Of a DNA stretch of 64,000 nucleotides, positions 1 through 9,283 are shown in pieces; within the stretch, counting starts at the first letter, position 1, and each line of letters opens with the position of its first letter. The notes under the pieces were generated by a model that did not search any database, had not been told where the DNA came from, and saw nothing but the letters and a program-made list of their open reading frames with translations. Position numbers and translations under genes: made by a program. The DNA comes from a candidate division WOR-3 bacterium (GTDB taxonomy: Bacteria > Hydrothermota > Hydrothermia > LBFQ01): positions 19,711-83,710 of the forward strand of contig JALUCS010000104.1 of the NCBI GenBank assembly GCA_027050205.1, in the 5' to 3' direction.

Positions 1-96
1 CTTAGGCCGGAAGATTACGCAGGGGAGGAGGAGATGATGGAGGCCTTCAGGTCCCTCGTCTTTGAAGGGACCACCGAAGATAAGCGAGGGGGTTAG
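1..96 (+). CDS. 3' end of a gene entering from the left edge (partial)
   Basis: Frame 1 is open from base 1 (LRPEDYAGEEEMMEAFRSLVFEGTTEDKRGG) to TAG at 94-96, with host-like codons. Confidence 0.5.
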   Translation, partial: LRPEDYAGEEEMMEAFRSLVFEGTTEDKRGG

Positions 97-174
97 GGAT
101 AATTCTACATCTTCAACGTACCGTGTTGAACCAAGGATAATTTAGTACATACGCCTCCTTAGATTACCGGTACC

Positions 175-480
175 ATGCTCAAGATAGTCTTCGCAGGAGC
201 GTTAAGCTTGGGATACTACACGGGGATGGACCTTCCGAGGTCTCCCCACAGCATAGCCGAGGTCAGGGAAGCTTACGTAAGGACCGCCGAGTATGTGCGC
301 ACATCGGCCGGGAATGACAACCGCTTACCAAGGGCGGCGCTCTTCGGCCTCATCGGTGCCACGGCCGGGGGTGGGGCTGGGTGCTGCTTGGACCTCGCAA
401 CCGGATGTTTGCCGATCGGGACGTGCGGAGGGGCCTGTATGGGAGGATTGGTCGGCGGACTGGTGGGATACGCCTTTTAG
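175..480 (+). CDS. Small Gly/Cys-rich membrane or secreted protein with glycine-zipper-like C-terminus
   Basis: 101 aa; hydrophobic N-terminus; C-terminal GATAGGGAGCC...CGGACMGGLVGGLVG; TAGATT box at 160-165, 9 nt before ATG. Confidence 0.65.
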   Translation: MLKIVFAGALSLGYYTGMDLPRSPHSIAEVREAYVRTAEYVRTSAGNDNRLPRAALFGLIGATAGGGAGCCLDLATGCLPIGTCGGACMGGLVGGLVGYAF

Positions 481-1715
481 CCCTTGAGGGGGGACTCCAG
501 CACCTTCGCCTTGAGGAACTCCGCCCAAGGCTCTACCTCGTCCCGCAGGAAGTTCCCCCTCCTAAGGGTTATGCGAAGGTCCGTAGGGACGTACCGGTAC
601 CTTCCGAGCTGCGAGAGGGCCTGATAGAGCCTCCTCTTGGGGTTCTTAACCTTCGGGAATACGAGGTTGAGGTTCTTCTCCAGCCCCTCTCTACCGAGAA
701 GTTTCAGGAAGGCCAGAGCGATGACGACCCTCCTCGTCCTGAACCTCACCTCCTTGGCACCGTCGTATAGCCTCAACTTACCGGCGAACGATAGGTAGGG
801 CAACCCCCTGTGCCGCCTGTGCGCGTACCACCACATATCGCCTATGCCCCTCATATCCTCCGGAGGCCTGTAGTCCTCTCCGAACCTGTACTTCCGCATC
901 AGGAGGTATTGGGTCCTAAGGAAACCGCATTTCTCCGGGATCCTTGAGGGGTCTATAGGCTCCTTATCCGTCAGTAGGTCTAGGTATATCTCCGATAGGA
1001 TGGCGGAGTACGTATCCCCAAGGCTGGTGAAGGTGTGTTTCAGAAGCTCAAGTTTGAAGACGTCCAGTTCAACGAAGGCCTTGTACCGCATCAGGTTCAG
1101 GATGGCCCCCTTCGCCCCCTTTGAGAACGCCCGCTTCAGAACGCCTTCGGCCATATCCCCGTAGTCAAACTCCCCCGACATAAACTTGAGTATAAGCGAG
1201 TAGAGTTCAACCACCTCCTCCGACAGCTCGTAGTACCTCTTGAGAGAGGACAGCTCCACCTTTCCGCCCATATACAGGTAAGCCCGCGTCAATACGGTAT
1301 CCACGATGAAGTCCCGAAACTCCCGGCTCTTGTAGGACCTAACCCTATAGTCCGTCTCCTTAATGTCTCGCAGTATTCGGACGGCCGTTGAGGGTTTTCC
1401 GTAGTAGGTCGCCACCATATCCGCCGTGATGATCCTGTTGTTGGCTCTACGGAGGGCATCCTTCAGGTCGTTGGACAGGCACATACTCTGGTAGATATAC
1501 ACCTCCGCCGAGGCGAAGGCGTCCGGATCCGTACCCCTCTCCTTCCACATTCGGATGTACTCGGCCTGACGCCGTACGTCCCCCATAGATGCCAAGGCCT
1601 CAAGGACGTAGTACAGGTTCGTTGAGGAGAAATGACGGTCAAGCCGCCTCTTAGCTTCTTCAAAGACGGCGTACGCCCGATTATCCTTCAGAGTTTCAAG
1701 CAAAATATCGGCCAT
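477..1715 (-). CDS. Helical-repeat protein with C-terminal SARP/OmpR-type winged-helix-like domain (putative regulator)
   Basis: 412 aa; C-terminal LSFAGKLRLYDGAKEVRFRTRRVVIALAFL...LVFP...RLYQALSQL resembles the SARP/DnrI DNA-binding domain; TATAAT at 1726-1731 (minus). Confidence 0.55.
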   Translation of the reverse strand: MADILLETLKDNRAYAVFEEAKRRLDRHFSSTNLYYVLEALASMGDVRRQAEYIRMWKERGTDPDAFASAEVYIYQSMCLSNDLKDALRRANNRIITADMVATYYGKPSTAVRILRDIKETDYRVRSYKSREFRDFIVDTVLTRAYLYMGGKVELSSLKRYYELSEEVVELYSLILKFMSGEFDYGDMAEGVLKRAFSKGAKGAILNLMRYKAFVELDVFKLELLKHTFTSLGDTYSAILSEIYLDLLTDKEPIDPSRIPEKCGFLRTQYLLMRKYRFGEDYRPPEDMRGIGDMWWYAHRRHRGLPYLSFAGKLRLYDGAKEVRFRTRRVVIALAFLKLLGREGLEKNLNLVFPKVKNPKRRLYQALSQLGRYRYVPTDLRITLRRGNFLRDEVEPWAEFLKAKVLESPLKG

Positions 1716-2537
1716 CTGACCCCATATTATAGTGGTGGTGGATTTTATCGTGGCGGTTTATCGTCCCGTACTCCGGTGGGTGCTGCGCTAGTGGTGGCTC
1801 CGGGTCCTCACCGCTCCGATCCCGGAACCTTGAAGTCGGATTTCCGGTTTTCGTAAATTACACTTCACATTTTATGAAGTGCAGGTTTCGGTTTTTTAAA
1901 GTTGAACTTACGGATTTTGGAGACGCATCTCCCTCAAACCAACGGCCGAAAGCAACTCGTCTCTGTTGGCAACCGACATCGTTAGGGATTCCATTCGGTA
2001 AAGGGCGGCCGTCGTAAGAACTTAATTCCGCAGAAGGCAAACCGTTGCCGATGACGGATAGAATTCCAGTTTTCCAGATTTCAGTTTTTGAAATTGCAAA
2101 CGGGTATTAGTCGCCGTTCGGTAGTTGGGGAGAGCCGATAGGGTGAGATCGGGTTCGTGTGCATCGGCGGATGGTGTAATGCGGCCTCCGAGGAGCCGCC
2201 AAAATCTCGGATTGGCGATTTGCGTCAATCATCCTTTACGTTTCCAAGGAAAACGGTTCCAAAAGTGTGCTGGGAAAACCGTGTTCAAATTTACGTGGTT
2301 TTGTTCACATAAAAATGACGATTTTTGGTTAAAAATTTAAAAAAACTACCAAATTTCGTAAAATATAATTGTTAAAGTTGAATTACCAGTTTTTCTGAAG
2401 ACAGATTTTTAAGTGTGCGGTCGGATCCGGCCAACATCGGGTGGCAATGGGCGCATTTTCTCCCGGCAGCCGTTGGTTTTCCGGGCCGAACTCGGAACCA
2501 TCTAACGCCCCCGTATTTCCGACGTAAAATAGAGGGT
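1716..2537. repeat. AT-rich non-coding island A with ~22-bp degenerate repeats (1832-1924, 2374-2415) and phased A-tracts (2311-2370)
   Basis: No credible CDS; motifs shared with islands B-F. Confidence 0.75.
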
Positions 2538-3491
2538 ATGTTCCTCGCGACGCTCGTTTCACAGGTATGGGGTGGAGATACGCTCTCTACGAACAAGTAC
2601 AAGCCCGACTCCCTCAACATGACGCTGGTCAAACGCCTCCGCCTCCCCACACCCTGCTTCGCCTTGGCCCTCGGAAAGAGGTACGCCTACCTGACTTCCC
2701 TAAGGAGGATATACGTCGTAGACGTATCCAAACCCGAAAGCCTCTACAGGGAGGCCACCATCACAACTACGAACATGCCCCTCGGAGTAGCCGCAAAGGG
2801 GAGGTACCTGTACGTGGGACACGGGTACAAGGGCCTGACCGTCTTCAACGTCTCCGACCCGAACACGGCATCGGAGGTCTACACCCTTCGCCTGCCAGAT
2901 ACGACCATGGAGGTTCTTCTTAAGGGCAACTACCTCTACGTGACGGTGGGAGACTCCGGGTTCGCCATTATTAGCATAGCCAACCCTCGGAGGCCGAGGT
3001 TGGTCAGTCTCACCAAGACGGGAGGTTTCGCGAGGGGTATAGCCGTAAAGGGTAGGTACGCGTACATCGCCGCCGGTAGGGACGGCCTGAAGATATACGA
3101 TATTTCAAATCCCCGCAAGCCGAGGTTCGTAGGTGGGGCTGCTACCCGTGGATTCGCCATAGGTGTGGATGTGGAAGGTGGGGTGGCGTACGTGGCGATA
3201 GGGAGAAAGGGGGTTCAGCTCTTTGACGTCAGCGACCCCTCCTCACCGAAGGAGATAAGGTGGGCGAAGGGTCCCGGCTCCGCCCTCAACGTCAGGGCGA
3301 TAAACAAACTCATCTTCGTGGCCTTCGGAGACGGTGGGGTGAGCGTTGTAGACCCCTTCAGGAAGGTGGAGGTGGCCCGGTACAGGCCTCCGATATACAA
3401 GGGGGACTACGTCTTTGACATCGTGGTGAGGGGCGATTACATCTACGCCGCCTCCCGCAAGGGAATGGTGGTCTATAAGTTCCTGAAGTGA
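2538..3491 (+). CDS. LVIVD-repeat beta-propeller protein, probably secreted
   Basis: Repeated YAYV/YLYV...GL.I.D.S.P..P motifs; start moved from 2415 to ATG 2538 (TAAAAT 2525-2530, 7-nt spacer). Confidence 0.85.
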   Translation: MFLATLVSQVWGGDTLSTNKYKPDSLNMTLVKRLRLPTPCFALALGKRYAYLTSLRRIYVVDVSKPESLYREATITTTNMPLGVAAKGRYLYVGHGYKGLTVFNVSDPNTASEVYTLRLPDTTMEVLLKGNYLYVTVGDSGFAIISIANPRRPRLVSLTKTGGFARGIAVKGRYAYIAAGRDGLKIYDISNPRKPRFVGGAATRGFAIGVDVEGGVAYVAIGRKGVQLFDVSDPSSPKEIRWAKGPGSALNVRAINKLIFVAFGDGGVSVVDPFRKVEVARYRPPIYKGDYVFDIVVRGDYIYAASRKGMVVYKFLK

Positions 3492-4348
3492 GGGTAGCGG
3501 TAGTAATACCTACGTACAACCGCCACGGGGAAGTCAGGAGGGCGGTGGAGAGCGTCCTAAAGAACGAGGTAGAGGTAGAGGTTCTGGTCGGGGACGACGG
3601 CAGTTCTCCACCCGTGAGGCTCCCTCTCCCTTCCACGAGGGTTGTTAGGTTTGAGCATACGGGCAACCCCTCCCTGATACGGAACCGTCTCGTTGAAATG
3701 AGTGATGCTCCTCTGGTGGCCTTCTTAGATGACGACGACGAGTTCCTCCCTGGGAAGTTGGACGCCCAGGTGCAACACCTGCTGTCAGGGGAGTACGCGG
3801 CCACCTTCTCCAACGTGGTGGTGGTGGATGCCCGTACCGGTGAGACCGTCGGTTTGGCGTACGGGGAGTCAGAGAGGCCCCTAAGGGATAGGATCCTCTT
3901 TCCCTTCCGCAAGGACGGGGTAGTAGTACAGGTGGGCGCCCTCCTCGTACGGCGGGAGGTGTTCCTGTCCTTGGGTGGTTTCAACGAGAACTTGACCCTC
4001 CTTGAGGACTGGGAGTTCTCCCTTAGGCTCGCCTTAAGGGACCTCCTGCACTTTCACAACTTCCCCGGCCTCATACACTATCAGAACCGTCGGGACAGCT
4101 TGAGGACCGCCCAACTCCCCACGGTCGCCCACAGGTACGAAACCCTGATGGCCGTAGTATCGGAGTACCTGCCCCCATCCCTAACGAGGTGGGTAAAGGC
4201 CCACTTCTACGGCGCCCTTTCCTATAGGCTCTCCCGTATAGGTCGCAGGGGTGAGGCCATCTCCTACGCCCTCAAGAGCCTCCGGTACGGTGGGAGCCTT
4301 ATGGCCGTAAAGGGGGCGATCAGGTCCCTCCTACTTCCCCCGCCGTGA
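3488..4348 (+). CDS. Glycosyltransferase family 2
   Basis: VVIPTYNR, DDGS, FLDDDD, EDWEF motifs. Confidence 0.9.
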   Translation: MRVAVVIPTYNRHGEVRRAVESVLKNEVEVEVLVGDDGSSPPVRLPLPSTRVVRFEHTGNPSLIRNRLVEMSDAPLVAFLDDDDEFLPGKLDAQVQHLLSGEYAATFSNVVVVDARTGETVGLAYGESERPLRDRILFPFRKDGVVVQVGALLVRREVFLSLGGFNENLTLLEDWEFSLRLALRDLLHFHNFPGLIHYQNRRDSLRTAQLPTVAHRYETLMAVVSEYLPPSLTRWVKAHFYGALSYRLSRIGRRGEAISYALKSLRYGGSLMAVKGAIRSLLLPPP

Positions 4349-5497
4349 GATGTAGAGGAAGAGGAGGCTGGTCAGGAGGAGGATTAGGAGGCTAACCCTG
4401 TAGGGGAGGGCGGGGTGGAGGTAGGCGAGGGCGCCCGCGATGAGGGGGGAGACCAGACCTATCGCCCGGTTGTAGGAGGAGAGGGCGGCGTGGAACTCGC
4501 TCACCCTGTCCCTCGGTACGAAGCCGAAGAGCCACGTCCGGTAGAAGGGGAAGGCGAGGGAGTCCCCGAATCGGCCGAGGGCGTAGGACACTAAGACCCA
4601 TACGAGGGAAGGGGATAGGGCCATTATGCCGAGGCTAACCGTCTCCAACAGGAACCCGAGGCTTATGGCGTAGGCCCCTCCCGTCTTAGGCACCCGCTCG
4701 CTAACGTAGGTGGCGAGGACCGTCGTTATGCTCATACCGGCCTCAACCAACATCACCTCAAAGAGGGTCTTCTTGAGATGGACGACGATGTAGTACAGGA
4801 GGACGAAGTTGGGGGCGAGGGACCAGGCGAGGGTGAGGAGGCCCTCCACAAGGAGCAGGAAGCCGTACTCCTTCAGGTTGGGGAAGGTCCATCCGGGCGG
4901 GTTTATCCTCTCCTCCCGGTTTACGGGAGGAAGGAACCTGTAGATGTATGCCACAGCGAGGAAGGAGAAGAGGCCGAAGAGGAGAAAGGCGAGGCGGTAG
5001 TGGTGTGGGGTGTTATAGACGTAGCCGAGGAGGTAGCCGAATAGGAGGAATCCGAAGAACTGGCTAACTTCGGGCAGTCGCAGGTGCCAGGCGTAGACCT
5101 CCTCGTACCTTTCCCGTGGATAGACTATCTGCTCGTAGGCCTGATAGAGGGGGTAGAAGAGGCTGGAGACCTTCTCTGCAAACTTCCCCAGAAACAGGAA
5201 GGCCGTCGCCCATGTGCCGTATGCGAGGGAGTAGAGGACGTAGGTCAGGCCTTCAAGGACGTCTATGACGATGAGGCCGAGCTTGAGGGGTACCATGTTG
5301 AACCACCGACCTATCAGGTAGGTCAGGGGGATGGAGGCGAGGTTGACGGCGGAGAAGAAGGCCCCTACGTCCCGGACGGAGTAGCCCGTACGGAGCATGT
5401 ACAGGGGGAGGAGGTACCAGACTATGAGCTGGGGGGCTATGAGGGTGTGGTAGAGGATGTAGGCTCTGGCCTCGCGGGGGATATCTCGCCATCGCAT
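4331..5497 (-). CDS. MFS-type transporter
   Basis: 388 aa with about 12 hydrophobic segments. Confidence 0.8.
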   Translation of the reverse strand: MRWRDIPREARAYILYHTLIAPQLIVWYLLPLYMLRTGYSVRDVGAFFSAVNLASIPLTYLIGRWFNMVPLKLGLIVIDVLEGLTYVLYSLAYGTWATAFLFLGKFAEKVSSLFYPLYQAYEQIVYPRERYEEVYAWHLRLPEVSQFFGFLLFGYLLGYVYNTPHHYRLAFLLFGLFSFLAVAYIYRFLPPVNREERINPPGWTFPNLKEYGFLLLVEGLLTLAWSLAPNFVLLYYIVVHLKKTLFEVMLVEAGMSITTVLATYVSERVPKTGGAYAISLGFLLETVSLGIMALSPSLVWVLVSYALGRFGDSLAFPFYRTWLFGFVPRDRVSEFHAALSSYNRAIGLVSPLIAGALAYLHPALPYRVSLLILLLTSLLFLYISRRGK

Positions 5498-5554
5498 AGA
5501 GGACTATTTTCAGGTTGAGTGCCTCAAGGTTTAAGGCACAATACTGTACCTATA

Positions 5555-6352
5555 TCACTCCATAACGAGAACGCGGGATTTTTCCCTGTCAAACAGCCAC
5601 CGCAACCCGCCCCTCAACATCGCATTCGCACCGAGGACGACGTCTATCCGATGCCCAAGGTACTCCTCAACGGGGCCGAGGCCCACAACGAAGGCGTCAA
5701 AGGGCGGTACTTCCATACCACCCAAGCGGAGACCCCGGATGACCTTCGCCTCCACCTTCCGCCTTACCCCTGTAGCGTCCTCAACGTCCATCTCAAACCC
5801 CGGCTCCACCGTTATACCCATCTCCTTCAGGTGCCTGCCGTTTATGACGGAGATTCCGGCCCCGGTGTCAAAGAGGACGTTCAGCGGACTCCCTCCCGCC
5901 TCCATCTTCAGCATGCACAGGCCTATCTCAAGGAAGTTTGAGGGTACCTTCTGCCAGTTTCCCCCGTCTATGGCCCCTGCGGGGAAGATGGCCAGTACGT
6001 GGAAGTCAAAGACGATGGGCCTGGCGAATATCTCACGGGCGCCCAACCTGGCTCCCCACTCAAAGGGGAAGGGCTTTTGGGGATCGGAGACCCGCGCCTC
6101 AACGTTCCTGAACACCTCCCCCATAAACTCAACGTGCGCGGATACCACCTCGCTCTCCTCCCTCCCGAAGGCGCTCCGGACCTTCATCCTCCTGGTGCGT
6201 GGCAGTCCTTCGGCGAACCGCGGGGTTACGGTCAGGGCGTTGGCCCCGGTGTCCAGATGGGCGAGGGTCTCCCTCCCGTTCACCCTGGCGGGGACGAACA
6301 TGTCAAGGCTGTGGATGGTGAGATAGACCGGCTGGAAGTCCTCCCTATACAT
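5555..6352 (-). CDS. Tandem two-domain retropepsin-like aspartyl protease
   Basis: Two catalytic motifs, HLDTGA and LFDTGA, each followed by an LG motif. Confidence 0.85.
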   Translation of the reverse strand: MYREDFQPVYLTIHSLDMFVPARVNGRETLAHLDTGANALTVTPRFAEGLPRTRRMKVRSAFGREESEVVSAHVEFMGEVFRNVEARVSDPQKPFPFEWGARLGAREIFARPIVFDFHVLAIFPAGAIDGGNWQKVPSNFLEIGLCMLKMEAGGSPLNVLFDTGAGISVINGRHLKEMGITVEPGFEMDVEDATGVRRKVEAKVIRGLRLGGMEVPPFDAFVVGLGPVEEYLGHRIDVVLGANAMLRGGLRWLFDREKSRVLVME

Positions 6353-6887
6353 TTAACCGTCTCCCCATTACGAAGTAGCGGGGGCCATCGGGGGCGAAGT
6401 GGAAGTCGTCTAAGACCACCACCCAACCCCTCTTCCTGTAAAGGGAAATGGCGGGGGAGTTATCGGCTCTCACCGTGAGCAACGCCACAGGTTCGGGACG
6501 ATCCTTCAGAAGTAAATCGTGGAGCCTCCCACCTATCCCCCGCCTCTGATATTCGGGATGTACGGCCAGCTCAACGAACTCGTAATGCTCCGGCTCCATC
6601 CACTCCTTCCGTTGCTCCGGTGTCATGGCAGCCCAGACCTTATCGTACCAGTACTGGCCCGGATCCCCCGTATAGCCGTAGGAGAAGCCTATGAGCCTGT
6701 CCCCATCAACGGCGATGAAACCCCTGTACCCCCTCCTCCCGAAGTGCCTCCGCATTATCTCCTCACGTTCCCTGATGGCCCTCTCACTTAGACCGTGGAC
6801 GATGGCGTAGATCTCCAGAATCTCCGGCAGCCGCCCTTCCATCTCCTCCCGCGAGGCTTCCCGTATCTCCACCTTACCCATACGCAT
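6345..6887 (-). CDS. GNAT family N-acetyltransferase
   Basis: ELAVHPEYQRRGIG acetyl-CoA motif A; NSPAISLYRKRGW. Confidence 0.9.
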   Translation of the reverse strand: MRMGKVEIREASREEMEGRLPEILEIYAIVHGLSERAIREREEIMRRHFGRRGYRGFIAVDGDRLIGFSYGYTGDPGQYWYDKVWAAMTPEQRKEWMEPEHYEFVELAVHPEYQRRGIGGRLHDLLLKDRPEPVALLTVRADNSPAISLYRKRGWVVVLDDFHFAPDGPRYFVMGRRLNV

Positions 6888-6994
6888 CACTTCAGGGGTG
6901 TGGCCAGTTCAACGCGGTTTCCGAAGGGGTCCCGGTAAAATTGGAGGGCCTTCTCCATATCCGAAACGTGCAAAAGAACGGTTGTGAAACGCAT
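6887..6994 (-). pseudogene. Internally deleted VOC/glyoxalase gene (35 aa), not in ORF track
   Basis: MRFTTVLLHVSDMEKALQFYRDPFGNRVELATPLK joins the VOC N-terminal motif directly to the C-terminal DPxGNxxEL motif; TAGAAT 7002-7007; stop overlaps the GNAT ATG. Confidence 0.7.
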
Positions 6995-7004
6995 CCCCGC
7001 CATT

Positions 7005-7769
7005 CTAAGGCCGGTTTTCCGTCTTTACCTCCGTCCTCTCGTAGAGTATGGCATACTTCTGGAAGTGATACCACGCCTGTGATAGGGCGTATATTACCCC
7101 CCTCTTCCCGTCAAGGAAAGCCCCCTGCAGGACGTAGTACCTGAAGAACATCAGGGGGAGCCTGAAGAGGAGGTCAAAGAAGGAGGCCCGTCTTCCGCCC
7201 TCCACCTTCTCCTCGGCCGAGAGCAGAGCGTAGTGGGTGTTCTTCCCCCAGTGGTGGAGGAGGTCCCTGTAGGGGCGGTGGAGTATGTGGCCCTTCAGGT
7301 GGCCAACCTTACCCCGGACGGCGAGGGTCTCGTGGACGTACCTGCCGGAGATGTAGGCCCTATCCCTGCGGGCGAGCCTCAAGAGGCGGGTCCCCTTCAT
7401 ACGCTGGAGTTTGCCCATATAGACGTTCCGCCGCAGGACGGTGTAGCCGTCGTATCTCCCGCCCTCAACCGCCCTACCTATCTCCCCGGCGACCTCCTCC
7501 GTCAGCCACTCGTCGGCGTCCATAAAGAGAACCCATTCACCGCGGGCCAGCTTCAAAGCGTACTCCCTCTGCTTTACGTACCCCTCCCACTCCTTAACGT
7601 ACACCCTCGCCCCGTAATTCTTCGCCACATCAACCGTACCGTCCCTTGAACCGGAGTCCACCACCACGACCTCGTAATCAACGGGCAGATGCTTCAGGCT
7701 CTCAAGCAGACGGGGGAGGTTTTCCTCCTCGTCCTTCGTAAGGACCAGTACGGAGAGCCTTAGACCCAA
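7005..7769 (-). CDS. Glycosyltransferase family 2, WaaE/KdtX-like
   Basis: VVDSGSRDGT, WEGYVKQRE, MDADEW, VHE motifs. Confidence 0.85.
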   Translation of the reverse strand: MGLRLSVLVLTKDEEENLPRLLESLKHLPVDYEVVVVDSGSRDGTVDVAKNYGARVYVKEWEGYVKQREYALKLARGEWVLFMDADEWLTEEVAGEIGRAVEGGRYDGYTVLRRNVYMGKLQRMKGTRLLRLARRDRAYISGRYVHETLAVRGKVGHLKGHILHRPYRDLLHHWGKNTHYALLSAEEKVEGGRRASFFDLLFRLPLMFFRYYVLQGAFLDGKRGVIYALSQAWYHFQKYAILYERTEVKTENRP

Positions 7770-8734
7770 CTCTCGTACCTGAACTGCCCAAGGAAACGGA
7801 CGTCGTTGTCGTAGAAATGGCGTATGTCCTCAATGCCGTACTTCACCATCGCAAACCTCTCCACCCCTATCCCGAAGGCGTACCCGGACCACCGGTCGGG
7901 GTCTATGCCAACGTTTTTGAGGACGTTGGGGTGTATCATACCGCAGCCCAGCATCTCCAACCACTCCCCCCTGTACCACACCGCCACCTCCATGGACGGC
8001 TCCGTGAAGGGGAAGTAGGAGGGTACGAACTTCACCTTCGCCTCCTCACCGAAGAGGGCCTTCACGATCTGCTCAAGCGTCCATTTCAGCGAGCCGATGC
8101 TGATGTTCCTATCCACGGCGAAGCCCTCTATCTGGTGGAAGACCGGGGAGTGGGTGGCGTCAAACTCGTCCGCCCTGAAGACCTTACCGAAGGTGGCCGC
8201 CTTGAGGGGTGGTTTGTGCGCCCTCATGTACCTTATCTGGAAGGGGGAGGTGTGGGTACGCAGGAGCATCCCGTTGTTGAGGTAGAGGGACTGCTGCATG
8301 TCCCTGGCGGGGTGCCACTGGGGTATGTTCAGGAGGGTGAAGTTGTTCTCGTCCGTCTCCACCTCCGGCCCCTCCCCGATCTCAAACCCCATGTTCTCAA
8401 GGACCTTGAGGATCTCGTTGGCGACCAGTTTTATGGGGTGGAGGGAGCCGACTCCCCCCTTCCACGGGCGACCGGGCAGGGTGGGGTCAAGGGGCTTTAT
8501 CCGGTCAAGGAGGTCCTCCCTCCTCTCCTTTATCGCCCTCTCAAACTCCCTCTTCAGAGCGTTCAGGACGCTGCCGAGCTTCCTCCTCTCCTCCGGGGGG
8601 AGGTCCTTTAACCTGCGCAGCTGCTGGGTTATCTTCCCCTTCTTACCGAGGTACTCCGCCTTGAGGGAGTCAAGCTCGGCTACCGTCTTTACGGCCTTCA
8701 GCCTCTCGTAGAACTCCCTGCGTACGTCCTCCAT
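7760..8734 (-). CDS. pheS: Phenylalanyl-tRNA synthetase alpha subunit
   Basis: HPARDMQ, LLRTHTSP, DATHSPVFHQIEG, YFPFTEPS, FGIGVER. Confidence 0.98.
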   Translation of the reverse strand: MEDVRREFYERLKAVKTVAELDSLKAEYLGKKGKITQQLRRLKDLPPEERRKLGSVLNALKREFERAIKERREDLLDRIKPLDPTLPGRPWKGGVGSLHPIKLVANEILKVLENMGFEIGEGPEVETDENNFTLLNIPQWHPARDMQQSLYLNNGMLLRTHTSPFQIRYMRAHKPPLKAATFGKVFRADEFDATHSPVFHQIEGFAVDRNISIGSLKWTLEQIVKALFGEEAKVKFVPSYFPFTEPSMEVAVWYRGEWLEMLGCGMIHPNVLKNVGIDPDRWSGYAFGIGVERFAMVKYGIEDIRHFYDNDVRFLGQFRYESWV

Positions 8735-8736
8735 CG

Positions 8737-9087
8737 TCAGAGGTGCTGTTTGGCCACATCCACAAGCTGGGCGAACGTGTCAGGCTCGTAGTACGCTATG
8801 TATGCCAGGCTCTTGCGATCCAACTCCACCCCCGCCTTCTTCAGGCCGTAGATGAAACGGGAGTAGTTGAGGCCGTGCTGACGGGCGGCGGCGTTTATCC
8901 TCTGAATCCAGAGGCGACGGAAGTCCCTCTTGCGGCGTTTGCGGTCTACGTACGCGTGCCTTAGAGCCTTTAGGACGGTCTCCTTGGCCGTCTTGAACCT
9001 GCGGGAATTGACACCCCAGTACCCCTTCGCGAGATCCATCCAGAACTTATGTCTCTCCTGCCTGTACTTCCCGGTCTTTACCCTCAT
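8737..9087 (-). CDS. rplT: 50S ribosomal protein L20
   Basis: MRVKTG...LAKGY...[18 protein letters not shown]...YSRFIYGL. Confidence 0.98.
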   Translation of the reverse strand: MRVKTGKYRQERHKFWMDLAKGYWGVNSRRFKTAKETVLKALRHAYVDRKRRKRDFRRLWIQRINAAARQHGLNYSRFIYGLKKAGVELDRKSLAYIAYYEPDTFAQLVDVAKQHL

Positions 9088-9190
9088 AGGCCGCCTATTC
9101 TAAGGCCGACCCCTACTTGGCCACCGGTATGCCCCTATGCTTCTACGAGGGTGTGCTGCCACCCACCCTCAAGGGTTATAATATCCACCC

Positions 9191-9283
9191 GTGGATGCCC
9201 TAACGATCTTGGTAGTCTGGGGTAGTTGGTTCTTCTTCCTCGTTTTGACGCTCGCGTACTACCTAAAGGAGGGTGAAGGATGA
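9191..9283 (+). CDS. 30-aa single-TM protein, probable small partner of the downstream SSS symporter (not in ORF track)
   Basis: GTG start 8 nt after TATAAT (9177-9182); MDALTILVVWGSWFFFLVLTLAYYLKEGEG; ATGA overlap with putP. Confidence 0.65.
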   Translation: MDALTILVVWGSWFFFLVLTLAYYLKEGEG

